The translations under genes and the position numbers were made by a program. From positions 576,001-640,000 of the forward strand of contig CAVPCT010000003.1 of assembly GCA_963702475.1 (NCBI GenBank): DNA of 64,000 nucleotides, given 5' to 3'. The notes under the pieces were generated by a model. The model ran no database searches. It was not told where the DNA came from and saw nothing but the letters and a program-made list of their open reading frames with translations. Positions 39,074-49,128 of the stretch are shown here, one piece after another (the first letter of the stretch is position 1; each line of letters opens with the position of its first letter). This stretch comes from an uncultured Thermoleophilia bacterium. GTDB taxonomy: Bacteria; Actinomycetota; Thermoleophilia; UBA2241.

Positions 39074-39331
39074 TCGTCCCCCTACAAGGCGTGGAAGTTC
39101 CTGGGCATCCCGCTGGTCAGCTGGGGCGCCGTGGTCTCGCTCGTCTACTTCGGCATCCTCTTCTACTACCTCATCTTCACGGGGGAGCTTGGAGGACTCC
39201 AACGGCCAGTCGTGGATCCTGTACGTCATCGTCTGGGTCCTGGCATCGTTTGGTACTTCTTCTGGGCGGCGCGCAGCAAGCGCGTCGGCGTGGACGTCAG
39301 CATGACCTACGGGGAGCTGCCGCCGGAGTGA
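39074..39331 (+). pseudogene. 3' remnant of an APC-family permease paralog
   Basis: SSPYKAWKFLGIP...WYFFWAARSKRVGVDVSMTYGELPPE aligns with the last ~85 aa of 40113..41711; no 5' part; internal compensating indels. Confidence 0.85.
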
Positions 39332-39531
39332 GCCGCGTCCGCGTGACCGCGGCCGCCCCGGCGGGTGACCGCGGCCGGCCACGACGGCTCGCCGGCCCCC
39401 TGTCGGTTTCGGAATCACGAAAATTCCGCGTGTTGCCGAAACCGAATCATCTCGGTGCGGCCTTGACATTTTCCGACGTCGGGTATCGAAATAGACAACT
39501 GGGAATCAGACGCTTACCCGGGGGGGTCCCG

Positions 39532-40023
39532 TTGGCGTTCACTCTGGATTCCATCGACCGGCGCATCGTGTCGCTGCTCATCGAGGACGGCCGCATCTCG
39601 TCGGCCGAGATCACGCGGCGCATAGGGCACGTCTCGGAGCGGGCCGTGCGGTACCGCATCGACAGGCTGGTCCGCAACGGGGTGATCCGCGTCAGCGCCA
39701 TCGTCATGCCTCAGGCCGTCGGCTTCCCCATCATCGGTGACGTCCTCGTCGACGTGGCTCCCGGCAAGCTGCAGGACGTGGCCGCTCAGCTCGTCGACTT
39801 CCCCACCGTCAGCTACGTGGCGGGGTCGGTCGGCGAAGGAGACCTCAGCGTGCAGGTGTACGCGCGCGACACGGAAGAGCTGCTGCGCTTCGTCAATGAG
39901 GTCATAGGCAAGGTCGCCGGTGTGACACGCACCAAGCTCGCCATGGTGCCGTGGAAGCTCAAGGACGTCTATCAGTGGCAGGTGCCCGTCGACGCCGCTG
40001 AAGAAGGGAGGACGATCGTCTGA
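39532..40023 (+). CDS. Lrp/AsnC family transcriptional regulator
   Basis: LDSIDRRIVSLLIEDGR, VSERAVRYRIDRL..GVI, G..DL; TTG start. Confidence 0.9.
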   Translation: MAFTLDSIDRRIVSLLIEDGRISSAEITRRIGHVSERAVRYRIDRLVRNGVIRVSAIVMPQAVGFPIIGDVLVDVAPGKLQDVAAQLVDFPTVSYVAGSVGEGDLSVQVYARDTEELLRFVNEVIGKVAGVTRTKLAMVPWKLKDVYQWQVPVDAAEEGRTIV

Positions 40024-40112
40024 GTGCACCTGTCCCTGTGTGTCCTGACCATCAATCCGGACCGCGCCGCAGCTGCTCACAGGCGCCGGTCTGTACGTAG
40101 CGAGGGGGAAGT

Positions 40113-41711
40113 ATGGCCGAAGAACTAGCATTCGCCCGCAAAGCCAGCGGCCTCGTCCGCGGCCTCTCCATGTGGGACGCCTTCGGCGTCGGCTTCATGA
40201 ACCAGGGGCTCACGCCGAGCATCGTGGTGCTGACCAGCCTCGGTGTGGGGGTGTACACCGGCGGCAACATGATCATCGCCATCACGCTCTCCATCATCCT
40301 GGCCGGCATCGGCATGCCGATCGTGTGGGGCGTGCTCGGCGGGTCCATGCCGCGCTCCGGCGGGGAGTACATCTACAACTCACGTATCATCCACCCGGTG
40401 ATCGGCATCGCCGAGAGCTTCGGCAACGCCTTCGTGTGGATCATGTGGATCTACGTCCTGGCGCCCTGGGTCGCCGACCCCGGCGTCGCCATGGTCGCCC
40501 AGTTCACCGGCTGGACCGGGCTTTCGGATTTCGCGACGAGCACGTGGGGCATGTTCGCCATCGCGACCGTCGCGAACGTGGTCGCGTTCCTGTTCGTGGT
40601 GTTCGGCATCAAAGTGTTCGCGCGTGTCCAGAAGGTCGTCATGGCCGTCGGTATCGGCGGCTGTATCGTGCTCTGCATCATGCTCACCTGGAAGGCCGGT
40701 GCCTTCCAGGCGGCGTGGGATGCGATGGCGCTACAGTACGACTCGCTCAAGTACAACGAGTTCCTGGCGGGCGTCGAGGGCCTGGCCGGCGAGAAGATGC
40801 CGACCACCTGGAACTGGTTCGACAGCATCGGCGTGATGGTCGCGGCGTCGTGGGCCTTCGCCTACGCGTACTGCATGGCATTCATCGCCGGAGAGGTCAA
40901 GCGCCCCGACAAGACCATCATCCTCGCGAACCTGTTCGCCGTCCTGGTGCCCGGCGTCTTCTGCCTGTGGACGGCCTTCGCCCTCTACCAGATCGACTTC
41001 AACTTCCTCTCGGCGGCGTTCTGGTTCGACAACTCCGGCGAGACGCTCACGGGGTACAATCTGCCGTTCTCGACCAACTACGTGGCGCTCGGCTTCATCA
41101 TGGAGCCGCAGGCCTGGCTGGGGGTCATCTACGCCCTCTCCTACATCGCCTTCGGGCTGTGGTGGGTCGCGCTCTCGTACCTGGCGTTCCCCCGCATCAT
41201 CTTCGCCTGGGGCATGGACCGCATGGGCCCCAAGTGGTTCACAGACATCAACCCGCGCTTCGCCAGCCCGGTGAAGAACCACGTTCTCTGCCTCATCCTG
41301 GGGCAGATCGGCATCGCCCTGTACGTCTTCTGGACGAACAGCCCGCTTCAGGGCCTCGCCGTCACCGGTCTTGAGGTCGTCACGGTGTTCGGTGTGACTG
41401 CGGTCGCGGCGCTCATGTTCCCGTACGTCAAGCGCTCGCGCGGCGTGTGGGAGTCATCTCCGTACCGCAACTGGAAGCTGCTCGGCATACCGGTCATCAC
41501 GATCGGCGCGGTGGTGAACCTCATCTACCTCGCCATCCTGTTCGTGTTCTTCTTCATCATGCCGGATCTCCGTAGCTTCACGACGACCGGTATCATCTTC
41601 TTCGCGTGCATCTGGGCAGCAGGTATCGCCTGGTACTTCTTCTGGAAGCAGCGCAGCAGGACCGTAGGGGTCGACGTCTCCATGACCTACGGGGAGTTGC
41701 CGCCCGAGTGA
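40113..41711 (+). CDS. APC family amino acid/polyamine permease
   Basis: FARKASGLVR, MPRSGGEYIYNSR, AGEVKRP, PRIIFAWGMDR, ~12 TM segments, C-terminal YGELPPE. Confidence 0.92.
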   Translation: MAEELAFARKASGLVRGLSMWDAFGVGFMNQGLTPSIVVLTSLGVGVYTGGNMIIAITLSIILAGIGMPIVWGVLGGSMPRSGGEYIYNSRIIHPVIGIAESFGNAFVWIMWIYVLAPWVADPGVAMVAQFTGWTGLSDFATSTWGMFAIATVANVVAFLFVVFGIKVFARVQKVVMAVGIGGCIVLCIMLTWKAGAFQAAWDAMALQYDSLKYNEFLAGVEGLAGEKMPTTWNWFDSIGVMVAASWAFAYAYCMAFIAGEVKRPDKTIILANLFAVLVPGVFCLWTAFALYQIDFNFLSAAFWFDNSGETLTGYNLPFSTNYVALGFIMEPQAWLGVIYALSYIAFGLWWVALSYLAFPRIIFAWGMDRMGPKWFTDINPRFASPVKNHVLCLILGQIGIALYVFWTNSPLQGLAVTGLEVVTVFGVTAVAALMFPYVKRSRGVWESSPYRNWKLLGIPVITIGAVVNLIYLAILFVFFFIMPDLRSFTTTGIIFFACIWAAGIAWYFFWKQRSRTVGVDVSMTYGELPPE

Positions 41712-41723
41712 TAGCGAGCTAAC

Positions 41724-41757
41724 GTGACGGGCGGGGGCGACCGCCCCCGCCCGTCAC
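41724..41757 (+). other. perfect intra-operon hairpin between permease and phosphoesterase
   Basis: GTGACGGGCGGGGGCG-AC-CGCCCCCGCCCGTCAC. Confidence 0.65.
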
Positions 41758-41775
41758 TGTCTCTGGAGAGTGCAG

Positions 41776-42708
41776 ATGATCAAGCTGTTCTTCGTCACCG
41801 ACATCCACGGCTCCAACGTCTGTTACCGGAAGTTCCTCAACGCTCTTCCGATCTACGGCGTGGACGTGGCCGTGCTGCTCGGTGACCTCACGGGCAAGGT
41901 CCTGGTGCCGCTCGTCGACAAGGGCAACGACTCGTGGGAGTGCACCCTCATGGGGCAGCACCGCGACATCGCCACCAAGGACGAGCTCGCCGACATCAAG
42001 AAGACCATCGAGAACGCCGGCTACTACTGGGTCCATCAGTCGCGTGAGGAGTTCGACGACACGCGCAGTGACCCGGCGAAGATCGACGCGCTCTTCAAGG
42101 AACTCGTCTTCAAGCGCGTGCAGGAGTGGCTCGACCTCGCCGACGAGCGTCTCGAGGGCAAGCCCTTCCAGATGTACATGGCCCCGGGCAACGACGACTG
42201 GTTCGTCATCGACGACATGATCGACAACGCCAAGCTCGTGCACCCGTGCGACGCGCGCGTCGTCGAGATCGACAACCACGAGATGATCACGTCGTCGGAC
42301 TCCAACCCCACGCCGTGGCAGACGCCGCGTGAGCTGAGCGAGGAGGATCTCGAGAGCAAGCTCCGCGAGCTCTGCGGCAAGGTCAAGAACCAGGAGACGG
42401 CGATCTACAACTTCCACGTGCCGCCGTACGGGTACTCTCTCGACCTGTGCCCCAAGCTCGATGAGAACCTCACCATGGCCGCCGACGAGAAGATCCACGC
42501 CGGCAGCATCGGCGCGAAGAAGGTCATCGAGGAGTACCAGCCGCTGCTCGGCCTGCACGGCCACATCCACGAGTCGCGCGGCGCCCAGAAGGCCGGCCGC
42601 ACCCTGCTCATCAACCCGGGCAGCGAGTACTCGGAGGGCATCCTCAAGGGCGTCATCATCATGCTCGACAAGAAGAAGGTGAAGGACTACGTGTTCACCT
42701 CCGGGTGA
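41776..42708 (+). CDS. calcineurin-like (Icc-related) metallophosphoesterase
   Basis: TDIHGS, GDLTGK, PGNDD, FHVPP, LHGHIHES, INPGSEY. Confidence 0.9.
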   Translation: MIKLFFVTDIHGSNVCYRKFLNALPIYGVDVAVLLGDLTGKVLVPLVDKGNDSWECTLMGQHRDIATKDELADIKKTIENAGYYWVHQSREEFDDTRSDPAKIDALFKELVFKRVQEWLDLADERLEGKPFQMYMAPGNDDWFVIDDMIDNAKLVHPCDARVVEIDNHEMITSSDSNPTPWQTPRELSEEDLESKLRELCGKVKNQETAIYNFHVPPYGYSLDLCPKLDENLTMAADEKIHAGSIGAKKVIEEYQPLLGLHGHIHESRGAQKAGRTLLINPGSEYSEGILKGVIIMLDKKKVKDYVFTSG

Positions 42709-42788
42709 GCCGCGCGTAGACTCAGCCACGCACCGACGACGCCGATACACGACGACGCCGAGAACCCGGAAGGGGGCGATACATAGCG

Positions 42789-43595
42789 ATGGGTCAGTTC
42801 ATTCTGCCGAAAGACATCCCGCTCGACAGGTATCCCAAGCCCGAGGTGTTCCTCGAGGAGGGCAAGAAGATCACCGCCGCTGCCCAGGCTCAGGGCGTCG
42901 TCATGCGCGTCATGGGTCCGCTGGCGCTGCACTACTACTTCCCGGACCAGATCGACCTCTACGCCAAGCTCGAGCGCCTCGGTGAGCGCTACTTCACCGA
43001 CATCGACTTCGCCTCGTACGGCAAGACCCGCAAGCAGATGGTCAAGCTCATGGAGGCCTGCGGCTACGAGTGCGACCTGCAGACCATGGCCATGACCGGC
43101 CAGACCCGCCAGATCTACTTCGGCGGGGCGGTCCCCATGATCGACGTGTTCTTCGACAAGCTCGACTACTGCCACGAAGTGAGCTACATCGGCCGGCTCG
43201 AGGCCGATCCCTGGAGCGTCTCGCTCGCCGACATCCTGCTGCAGAAGCTGCAGATCTGGGAGATCAACCACAAGGACCTCTGCGACATCGAGTATCTCTT
43301 CACGGTGGCCGCCTTCGGCGAGGACGACGACAAGAAGGTCAACGTCGCGTACATCGCCAAGCGCTTCGCCGACGACTGGGGCTTCTGGTACACAGGCACC
43401 ACCAACCTCGACCGCGTCAAGGAACACGTCGACGGCGTGGCTGCGCTGAGCGACGAGCAGAAGGCCCACATCAAGCAGGTGGCCGACCAGGTGCGGGCGC
43501 GCATCGACGCCGAGCCCAAGACCAAGGTCTGGGAGAAGCGCGCCAAGAAGGGCACCAAGAAGCTCTGGTACAACACCGGGTTCTCGGACTGGTGA
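42789..43595 (+). CDS. hypothetical protein, putative Pol-beta-fold nucleotidyltransferase
   Basis: MGPLAL (hG.xA), TDIDF (DxD), IDVF (third acid), LLQKLQ...KD..D; strong codon bias. Fold assignment is inference. Confidence 0.65.
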   Translation: MGQFILPKDIPLDRYPKPEVFLEEGKKITAAAQAQGVVMRVMGPLALHYYFPDQIDLYAKLERLGERYFTDIDFASYGKTRKQMVKLMEACGYECDLQTMAMTGQTRQIYFGGAVPMIDVFFDKLDYCHEVSYIGRLEADPWSVSLADILLQKLQIWEINHKDLCDIEYLFTVAAFGEDDDKKVNVAYIAKRFADDWGFWYTGTTNLDRVKEHVDGVAALSDEQKAHIKQVADQVRARIDAEPKTKVWEKRAKKGTKKLWYNTGFSDW

Positions 43596-43641
43596 GACGG
43601 ACGGGCGGCGCGGCGCAGCCTGCCGCCGCCTGAGTGTGTCC

Positions 43642-43679
43642 CGGAGGGCCGGGGCGCCACCGGGCGCCCCGGCCCTCCG
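43642..43679 (+). terminator. GC-rich hairpin after NTase-like gene
   Basis: CGGAGGGCCGGGGCGCC-ACCG-GGCGCCCCGGCCCTCCG, 17-bp perfect stem. Confidence 0.55.
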
Positions 43680-43815
43680 CGCGTACGGGCCGCCCGGGGT
43701 CGTGCCCTCGGGGATCCCGGCGGCCGCGGCGCCGGCGAGGCGCCTTGAGGTCGCGTGCACCCCCGCGTAGGCTCGCGGAGCACTTGATGAGCCCCGACCG
43801 CACTGGAGGCACGCC

Positions 43816-45927
43816 GTGCCACAGCCGCATGCGCAGCCACGCGACCCAGGCTCCCTCTTCGACCCCCGCTCGGTAGCGGTGATCGGGGCCTCCGCCGACG
43901 CCTCCAAGTGGGGCGGCGACCTGGCCTTGCGGCTGTCCCGCTCGGCGGGGGACCGCGATCTGTACTTCGTCAACCGCCGCGGTGGCGAGCTCTACGGGCG
44001 CCCGGTCTATGCGTCCGTGAGCGACATTCCGGAGGCGCCCGAGTTGGTGGTCGTCGCGACGCCGGCCGCCACCTTCGACGATGTGCTGGACGAGGCTCTC
44101 GCCCTGGGCAGCCGGGCCTTCGTCGGGATCTTCGCCGGCCTCGGCGAGGCCGGCGAAGAGGGGCGGCGCCGTGAGCGGGACGCGGTCCGTCGCCTGCGGG
44201 CCGCCGGCGCCGTCCTGCTCGGGCCCAACTGCATGGGCCTGGCCGACACCGCCGCCGGCTTCCACTGCGTCGCCTACCTCGACGTCCCGGCCGGCGACGT
44301 GGGCCTGGTGTCGCAGAGCGGGGCTATGGGTGAGGAGTTCGTGGCCCGTGCGCTGGCCTGGGGCTGCGGGTTCTCGCGCTACGTGACCCTCGGCAACCAG
44401 GCCGACCTGACGGCGGCCGACGTGCTCGCCGCTTTCGCCGACCACGAACCGACCCGGGTCGTCGCCCTGTACGTGGAGGACTTCGTGGACGGCCGCGAGT
44501 TGGGCGCCGCCGCGGCGGCCGTCACCGCCTCCGGGCGGCAGGTCGTGCTGCTGGCGCCGGGCCGCAGCGAGGCCGGGGCTCGTGCGGCGCGCTCTCACAC
44601 GGGAGCTCTCGTCTCGAGCTCCGCGGCAGTGGACGCGCTGTGCCGCGCCAGCGGCGTGGTGCGGGCCGCCACGCCGCGCGAGCTGTTCGAGCTGGCCGTG
44701 GCGCTGCGCGGCCGCCCTCTGCGCGCGCGCCGCGTGGCCGTGATCAGCGACGGCGGCGGCCCGGGAGGCATCGCCGCCGACGCTCTCCACGAGGCAGGCT
44801 TCGAGGTGCCCGCGCTGAGCGCCGCCGCGGTGCGCGACATGTGCGACGCAGTGCCCGGGTGCGCCGGCGTCAACCCCGTCGACTTCGCCCTTGCGACCAT
44901 CGAGCCCGACAACTTCGCCCGCGCCGTGCCCGTCCTGTCCGAGGCCGGCGAGGTGGACGCCGTGCTGGCCGTCGGGCAGATGGGGTACTGGTCGGCGCGG
45001 TTTCCGGAGTTCCCGCAGCACACGCAGGCGGAGGTCGAGGCGGCGGAGACGCTTGCCGCCGTCGCCGCGGAGCGCGGCATGCCCGTGGTGGCGTGCACCG
45101 TCTACCCGGGGGCGGCTCCTGCGGCGCGGCTCCGCGCCGGAGGTGTGCCTGTATACCGCGAGATCGACTCCGGGGTCGCGGCTCTGGGTGCGCTGGCGGC
45201 GGTGACCGAGCGGCCTGCCACCGGGGTGCCCCCCCTGCCGCCGGCCGCGGCGCCCCTGCCCGCCGGTCCGGACTACCTGGCCGTCCGGGACGCGCTCACC
45301 GCCGCCGGTCTGCGGTTCCCCGCGGCGCGGGCGGCCGCGGACGCCGGGCAGGCCGCCGCGGCCGCCGCGGAGCTGGGGTTCCCCGTGGTCCTCAAGGCCC
45401 TCGGCCTGCTGCACAAGTCCGAGGCCGGTGGTGTGGTGCTCGGCTTGGTGGATGAGGCCGCCGTGGCGGCCGCGGCTCGTGACCTGCTGGAGCGCCTGCG
45501 ACCGCCGGGCCTCGTCGTCGAGGTGCAGGCCCCCACAGACGCCGGGGTCGAGCTCATCGTGGGGTGCCGCCGCGACGTGCGCTGCGGCCCGCTGCTCATG
45601 GTCGGCATGGGAGGGGTGTTCGCGGAGCTCATCCGCGACGTGAGGACGGCGCTGGCCCCGGTCTCTGAGGCCGAAGCCGGCCGCCTGCTCGAGGAACTGC
45701 AGGGGGCGGCGTTGTTGCGCGGCTCCCGCGGGCGGCCGCGGCTCGATGTGGCGGCCGCCGCCGCGGCCGCCGCGGCCCTCTCGCGTTTCGCCGCCGCCCA
45801 CCCGGAGGTGGCCGAGGTGGAGGTGAACCCGCTGCTCGTGCTGCCGCGCGGTGCACTCGCGCTGGACGCGCGCTGCCTTGTCGGCACGAGTGGCGTCGGC
45901 GGGACGACTCAGGGAGGTATCTCATGA
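43816..45927 (+). CDS. acetate--CoA ligase (ADP-forming) family, fused alpha/beta
   Basis: PRSVAVIGAS, LGPNCMG, SQSG, GNQAD, SHTG phospho-His, NPVD, FPVVLK, HKSEAGGV, EVNPL. Confidence 0.92.
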   Translation: MPQPHAQPRDPGSLFDPRSVAVIGASADASKWGGDLALRLSRSAGDRDLYFVNRRGGELYGRPVYASVSDIPEAPELVVVATPAATFDDVLDEALALGSRAFVGIFAGLGEAGEEGRRRERDAVRRLRAAGAVLLGPNCMGLADTAAGFHCVAYLDVPAGDVGLVSQSGAMGEEFVARALAWGCGFSRYVTLGNQADLTAADVLAAFADHEPTRVVALYVEDFVDGRELGAAAAAVTASGRQVVLLAPGRSEAGARAARSHTGALVSSSAAVDALCRASGVVRAATPRELFELAVALRGRPLRARRVAVISDGGGPGGIAADALHEAGFEVPALSAAAVRDMCDAVPGCAGVNPVDFALATIEPDNFARAVPVLSEAGEVDAVLAVGQMGYWSARFPEFPQHTQAEVEAAETLAAVAAERGMPVVACTVYPGAAPAARLRAGGVPVYREIDSGVAALGALAAVTERPATGVPPLPPAAAPLPAGPDYLAVRDALTAAGLRFPAARAAADAGQAAAAAAELGFPVVLKALGLLHKSEAGGVVLGLVDEAAVAAAARDLLERLRPPGLVVEVQAPTDAGVELIVGCRRDVRCGPLLMVGMGGVFAELIRDVRTALAPVSEAEAGRLLEELQGAALLRGSRGRPRLDVAAAAAAAAALSRFAAAHPEVAEVEVNPLLVLPRGALALDARCLVGTSGVGGTTQGGIS

Positions 45928-46712
45928 CGGCAGACGACGCACCCGCGACCATCCGCGGCAAGAGGGTGGTGGTCACTGCGGCCGCCACCGGCATCGGCGC
46001 CACCGTGGCGGCGCGCTTCGCCGCGGCGGGCGCCGCGGTGCACATCTGCGACCGCGAGCCCCGCGCGCTGGAGGCGTACCTCCACGCCCACCCGGGGATC
46101 CGCGGGACGGAGGCCGACGTGGCCGTGCCGGGCGACGTGGAGCGTCTGTTCGCCGAGGCGCGGGAGCGGCTCGGTGGACTCGACGCGCTCGTCAGCAACG
46201 CCGGCGTCGCCGGCCCGGCGGCGCCCGTCGACGAGATGGATCTCGAAGGCTGGCGCCGGACGCTCGACGTGAATCTCACCGGCGCCTTCCTCTGCGTGCG
46301 CGCCGCCGTGCCGCTGCTCAAGGAGGCCGGGGGCGGGTCGCTTGTGGTCATGTCCTCGAATGCAGGGACCATGGGGCTGCCGTACCGGTCCCCGTACGTG
46401 GCCACCAAGTGGGCGCTCATCGGCCTGGTCAAGACGCTGGCCATGGAGCTGGGACCGTTCCGCATCCGCGCCAACGCCATCTGCCCCGGCGATGTGGAGG
46501 GAGACCGCATCCGCCGCGTCATCGCCCTCGAGGCGGAGAACCGCGGCCTGAGCTACGACGAGGTGTACGCCGAGCGCGTGGAGGCCGTGTCGCTGCGCAC
46601 CATGGTCAGCGCCGACGACGTGGCCGCGCTCATCATGTTCGTGGTGTCGGACGCGGGGGCGAGGATCTCCGGCCAGGCGTTGCTCGTGGACGGGAACGCC
46701 GAGCGGGCTTGA
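45924..46712 (+). CDS. SDR family oxidoreductase
   Basis: TAAATGIG, SNAG, YVATK, NAICPG, ISGQ; ATGA overlap. Confidence 0.9.
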   Translation: MTADDAPATIRGKRVVVTAAATGIGATVAARFAAAGAAVHICDREPRALEAYLHAHPGIRGTEADVAVPGDVERLFAEARERLGGLDALVSNAGVAGPAAPVDEMDLEGWRRTLDVNLTGAFLCVRAAVPLLKEAGGGSLVVMSSNAGTMGLPYRSPYVATKWALIGLVKTLAMELGPFRIRANAICPGDVEGDRIRRVIALEAENRGLSYDEVYAERVEAVSLRTMVSADDVAALIMFVVSDAGARISGQALLVDGNAERA

Positions 46713-46734
46713 GTGGGGCCCGGCCGGGCGCGAT

Positions 46735-46774
46735 GAGGGCGGGGCGGCGGCCCTCAGGCCGCCGCCCCACCCTC
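46735..46774. terminator. hairpin between convergent genes
   Basis: GAGGGCGGGGCGGCGGCC / GGCCGCCGCCCCACCCTC inverted repeat. Confidence 0.55.
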
Positions 46775-46795
46775 CAGCTGACTCCGCTGCGCCGG

Positions 46796-48187
46796 TCAGT
46801 GCGCCGCGAGTGTCCCGTCGTGCAGCTGTGCGTCGACGCGGCTCATCACCAGGTCGAGCCGGCGGACGATCTCGTCCATCTGGTGCTGGGTCAGCGTCGC
46901 CGGCGGCTCGATGCGGAACGTCTTCGCGCTGAACAGCGTGCCCCCGGTGAGCACTCCCTCGCCGAAGAGGCCGGTGGCCACTGCGTAGCCGGCCTCCTCG
47001 CTGCTGTACTCCAGACCGATCAGCAACCCCAGGCCGCGGACCTCGTCGAGCAGGTCGGGGTACTTCTGCTGCAGCTCCTCGAAACGCGCCTTGAGCCAGG
47101 CGCCCTTCTCCGCCGCCTGCCTGGGAATGTCCTCGGTCAGCGTGGCGTGCAGCGCGCCGATCACGGCCGAGGTGGCCACCGGGTTCCCGCCGAACGTGGT
47201 GGTGTGCATGTACGGGTTCTCCATGAGCGGCTCGAAGACCTCGGGCGTGGAGATGAAGCAGCCCACGGGGATCACCGCGCCACCGAGCGCCTTGCCCAGG
47301 GTCATGATGTCGGGCGCCACGCCCCAGTGCTCGATGCCCCACAGGGTACCGGTGCGTCCCATGCCGGTCTGCACCTCGTCGGCGATGAACAGGATGCCCC
47401 ACTCGTCGCAGATCTCGCGGACCTTGGGGAAGAAGTCGTCGGGCGGCACGTGCGCGCCGGCCTCGCCCTGCACGGGCTCGGCGATGAAGGCGGAGATGTC
47501 CAGGCCGATGGTGTCGCAGACCTGGAGCTCCTTGTGCAGCGCGTCGGCGTCGCCGTAGGGGACGAAGCGCACGTTGGGCACGAGCGGGTAGAAGGGCTCG
47601 CGCCAGGCGGCCTTGCCGGTCACGCTGAGGCTGCCGAACGACTTGCCGTGAAAGCCTCGCAGGCAGCTTATGATGCCGTTGGTGTGGTTGGCCTTCTTGC
47701 GCTTGCCGTGGAGCTTGGCCAGCTTGAGGGCGCCCTCGTTGGCCTCGGTGCCGGAATTGCAGAAGAAGCTGTACTGCAGGTCGCCGGGCGTGAGCATGGC
47801 GAGCAGCTCGCTGGCGTAGCCGCGCATGGGGTCCAGCAGCTCTTGCGAGTGCAGGGCCTGGTGGCCGAGCTGGTCGATCACGGCCTTGACCACTGTGGGG
47901 TGGCGGTGCCCCAGCATGTAGATGCCGTAACCGCCGAGGCAGTCGATGAACTCCTTGCCGTGGATGTCGTAGAAGACGTTGCCCTCGTCGCGCCACTCCA
48001 CGGCCGTGTAGTCCGTGGAGCAGGACTTGCGGTACTCCAGGATGCCGGGGTTCACGTACGCCTGGAAGGTGCGCACGCAGTCGTCCACGACCGCCTGCTG
48101 CTCCCCCGCGTCCAGAGTGGGCTTCGCCATGAGCTCCAGCGCCTTCGTCGATTCGCGCAGAGCCTCCTGCCTGAGCCGCTCGTCCAT
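46796..48187 (-). CDS. patA: putrescine aminotransferase (class III PLP)
   Basis: VNPGILEYRKS, FIDCLGGYG, LHSQELLDP, FHGKSFGSLS, EPVQGE, DEVQTGMGRTG, GKALGG, HTTTFGGNP, RIEPP. Confidence 0.88.
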   Translation of the reverse strand: MDERLRQEALRESTKALELMAKPTLDAGEQQAVVDDCVRTFQAYVNPGILEYRKSCSTDYTAVEWRDEGNVFYDIHGKEFIDCLGGYGIYMLGHRHPTVVKAVIDQLGHQALHSQELLDPMRGYASELLAMLTPGDLQYSFFCNSGTEANEGALKLAKLHGKRKKANHTNGIISCLRGFHGKSFGSLSVTGKAAWREPFYPLVPNVRFVPYGDADALHKELQVCDTIGLDISAFIAEPVQGEAGAHVPPDDFFPKVREICDEWGILFIADEVQTGMGRTGTLWGIEHWGVAPDIMTLGKALGGAVIPVGCFISTPEVFEPLMENPYMHTTTFGGNPVATSAVIGALHATLTEDIPRQAAEKGAWLKARFEELQQKYPDLLDEVRGLGLLIGLEYSSEEAGYAVATGLFGEGVLTGGTLFSAKTFRIEPPATLTQHQMDEIVRRLDLVMSRVDAQLHDGTLAAH

Positions 48188-48280
48188 GACGCCCCCCTGA
48201 TTGTGACTGATTGACCAGCCGAATCTGCCGGTTTGCGGTATAGTTCGTATGTCCGACCGAATACAAGGAGACTCTATCTC

Positions 48281-49000
48281 GTGAAGGAGCAGACTGCAAC
48301 GACGGCAGCCGGCGAGCCAGGGGTGACCCCGCAGGATGGGCCGCCTTCGCGCGGGAAGCCGGGGGCGGCCGTCCGGGCGGCGGCGCCCGACCCCGGGCAG
48401 GCGCCGCCCGGCCCCGGCGGGGCGGTCGAGCTTTCGCCGGTCGCGGCGAAGCTGGTGGCCGCCGCGCGGGCGCTGCTTGCGCGCGGCGGCTTCCGGGCGC
48501 TCACCGTCGAGGCGGTGGCCGCAGAGGCCGGCGCCTACCGTGACGCGGTGCGCTACCACTTCGGCAGCAAGGCGGCGCTCGTGGCCGCGGTCGTCGACTC
48601 GCTGGCGCACGACCAGAGCCTCGCCGCGGTGGAGCAGACGCGCGACGTGCCCGCCGGTCCCGAGCGCGTCCGCGCCCTCGTGGCCGGCGACAGGCGGCTC
48701 CTGGACGACCGCGACGCGTTCCGGGACTTCTTCGCCCTGCTCCCTCACGTGGTGCAGGACGCCGAGCTGCGGGCGCGCGTCGCGGCACTCTACGACTGGT
48801 ACCGCGACCTCTACTCCGCCGGTATGGCCGGAGAGGCCGGAGGCACCACCGGCGACGTGCGGCGGCGCGACGTGGCCTCGCTCATGGTGGCCATGACCGA
48901 CGGGCTGGCGGTGCAGGAACTCCTCGAGCCGGACCCCGGGCGGCTGGACCGCCTCTTGCGCCTCTGGGAGGAGTTCCTGGACCGCGAGACGGGCGTCTGA
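48281..49000 (+). CDS. TetR/AcrR family transcriptional regulator
   Basis: [27 protein letters not shown]....VRYHFGSK; AAGGAG RBS; divergent from patA. Confidence 0.88.
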   Translation: MKEQTATTAAGEPGVTPQDGPPSRGKPGAAVRAAAPDPGQAPPGPGGAVELSPVAAKLVAAARALLARGGFRALTVEAVAAEAGAYRDAVRYHFGSKAALVAAVVDSLAHDQSLAAVEQTRDVPAGPERVRALVAGDRRLLDDRDAFRDFFALLPHVVQDAELRARVAALYDWYRDLYSAGMAGEAGGTTGDVRRRDVASLMVAMTDGLAVQELLEPDPGRLDRLLRLWEEFLDRETGV

Positions 49001-49128
49001 GGGTCCTCCCGTACGTTCATTTACAGGTCTTGACCCAAGGTGTACGCTCGCCGCGCGCGTGCGGCGCCGCATGGGGGGCACCGACGGCCTACCGGCCAGC
49101 GCTCAGCTTTGAGGAGGAGGCAGCAGTC

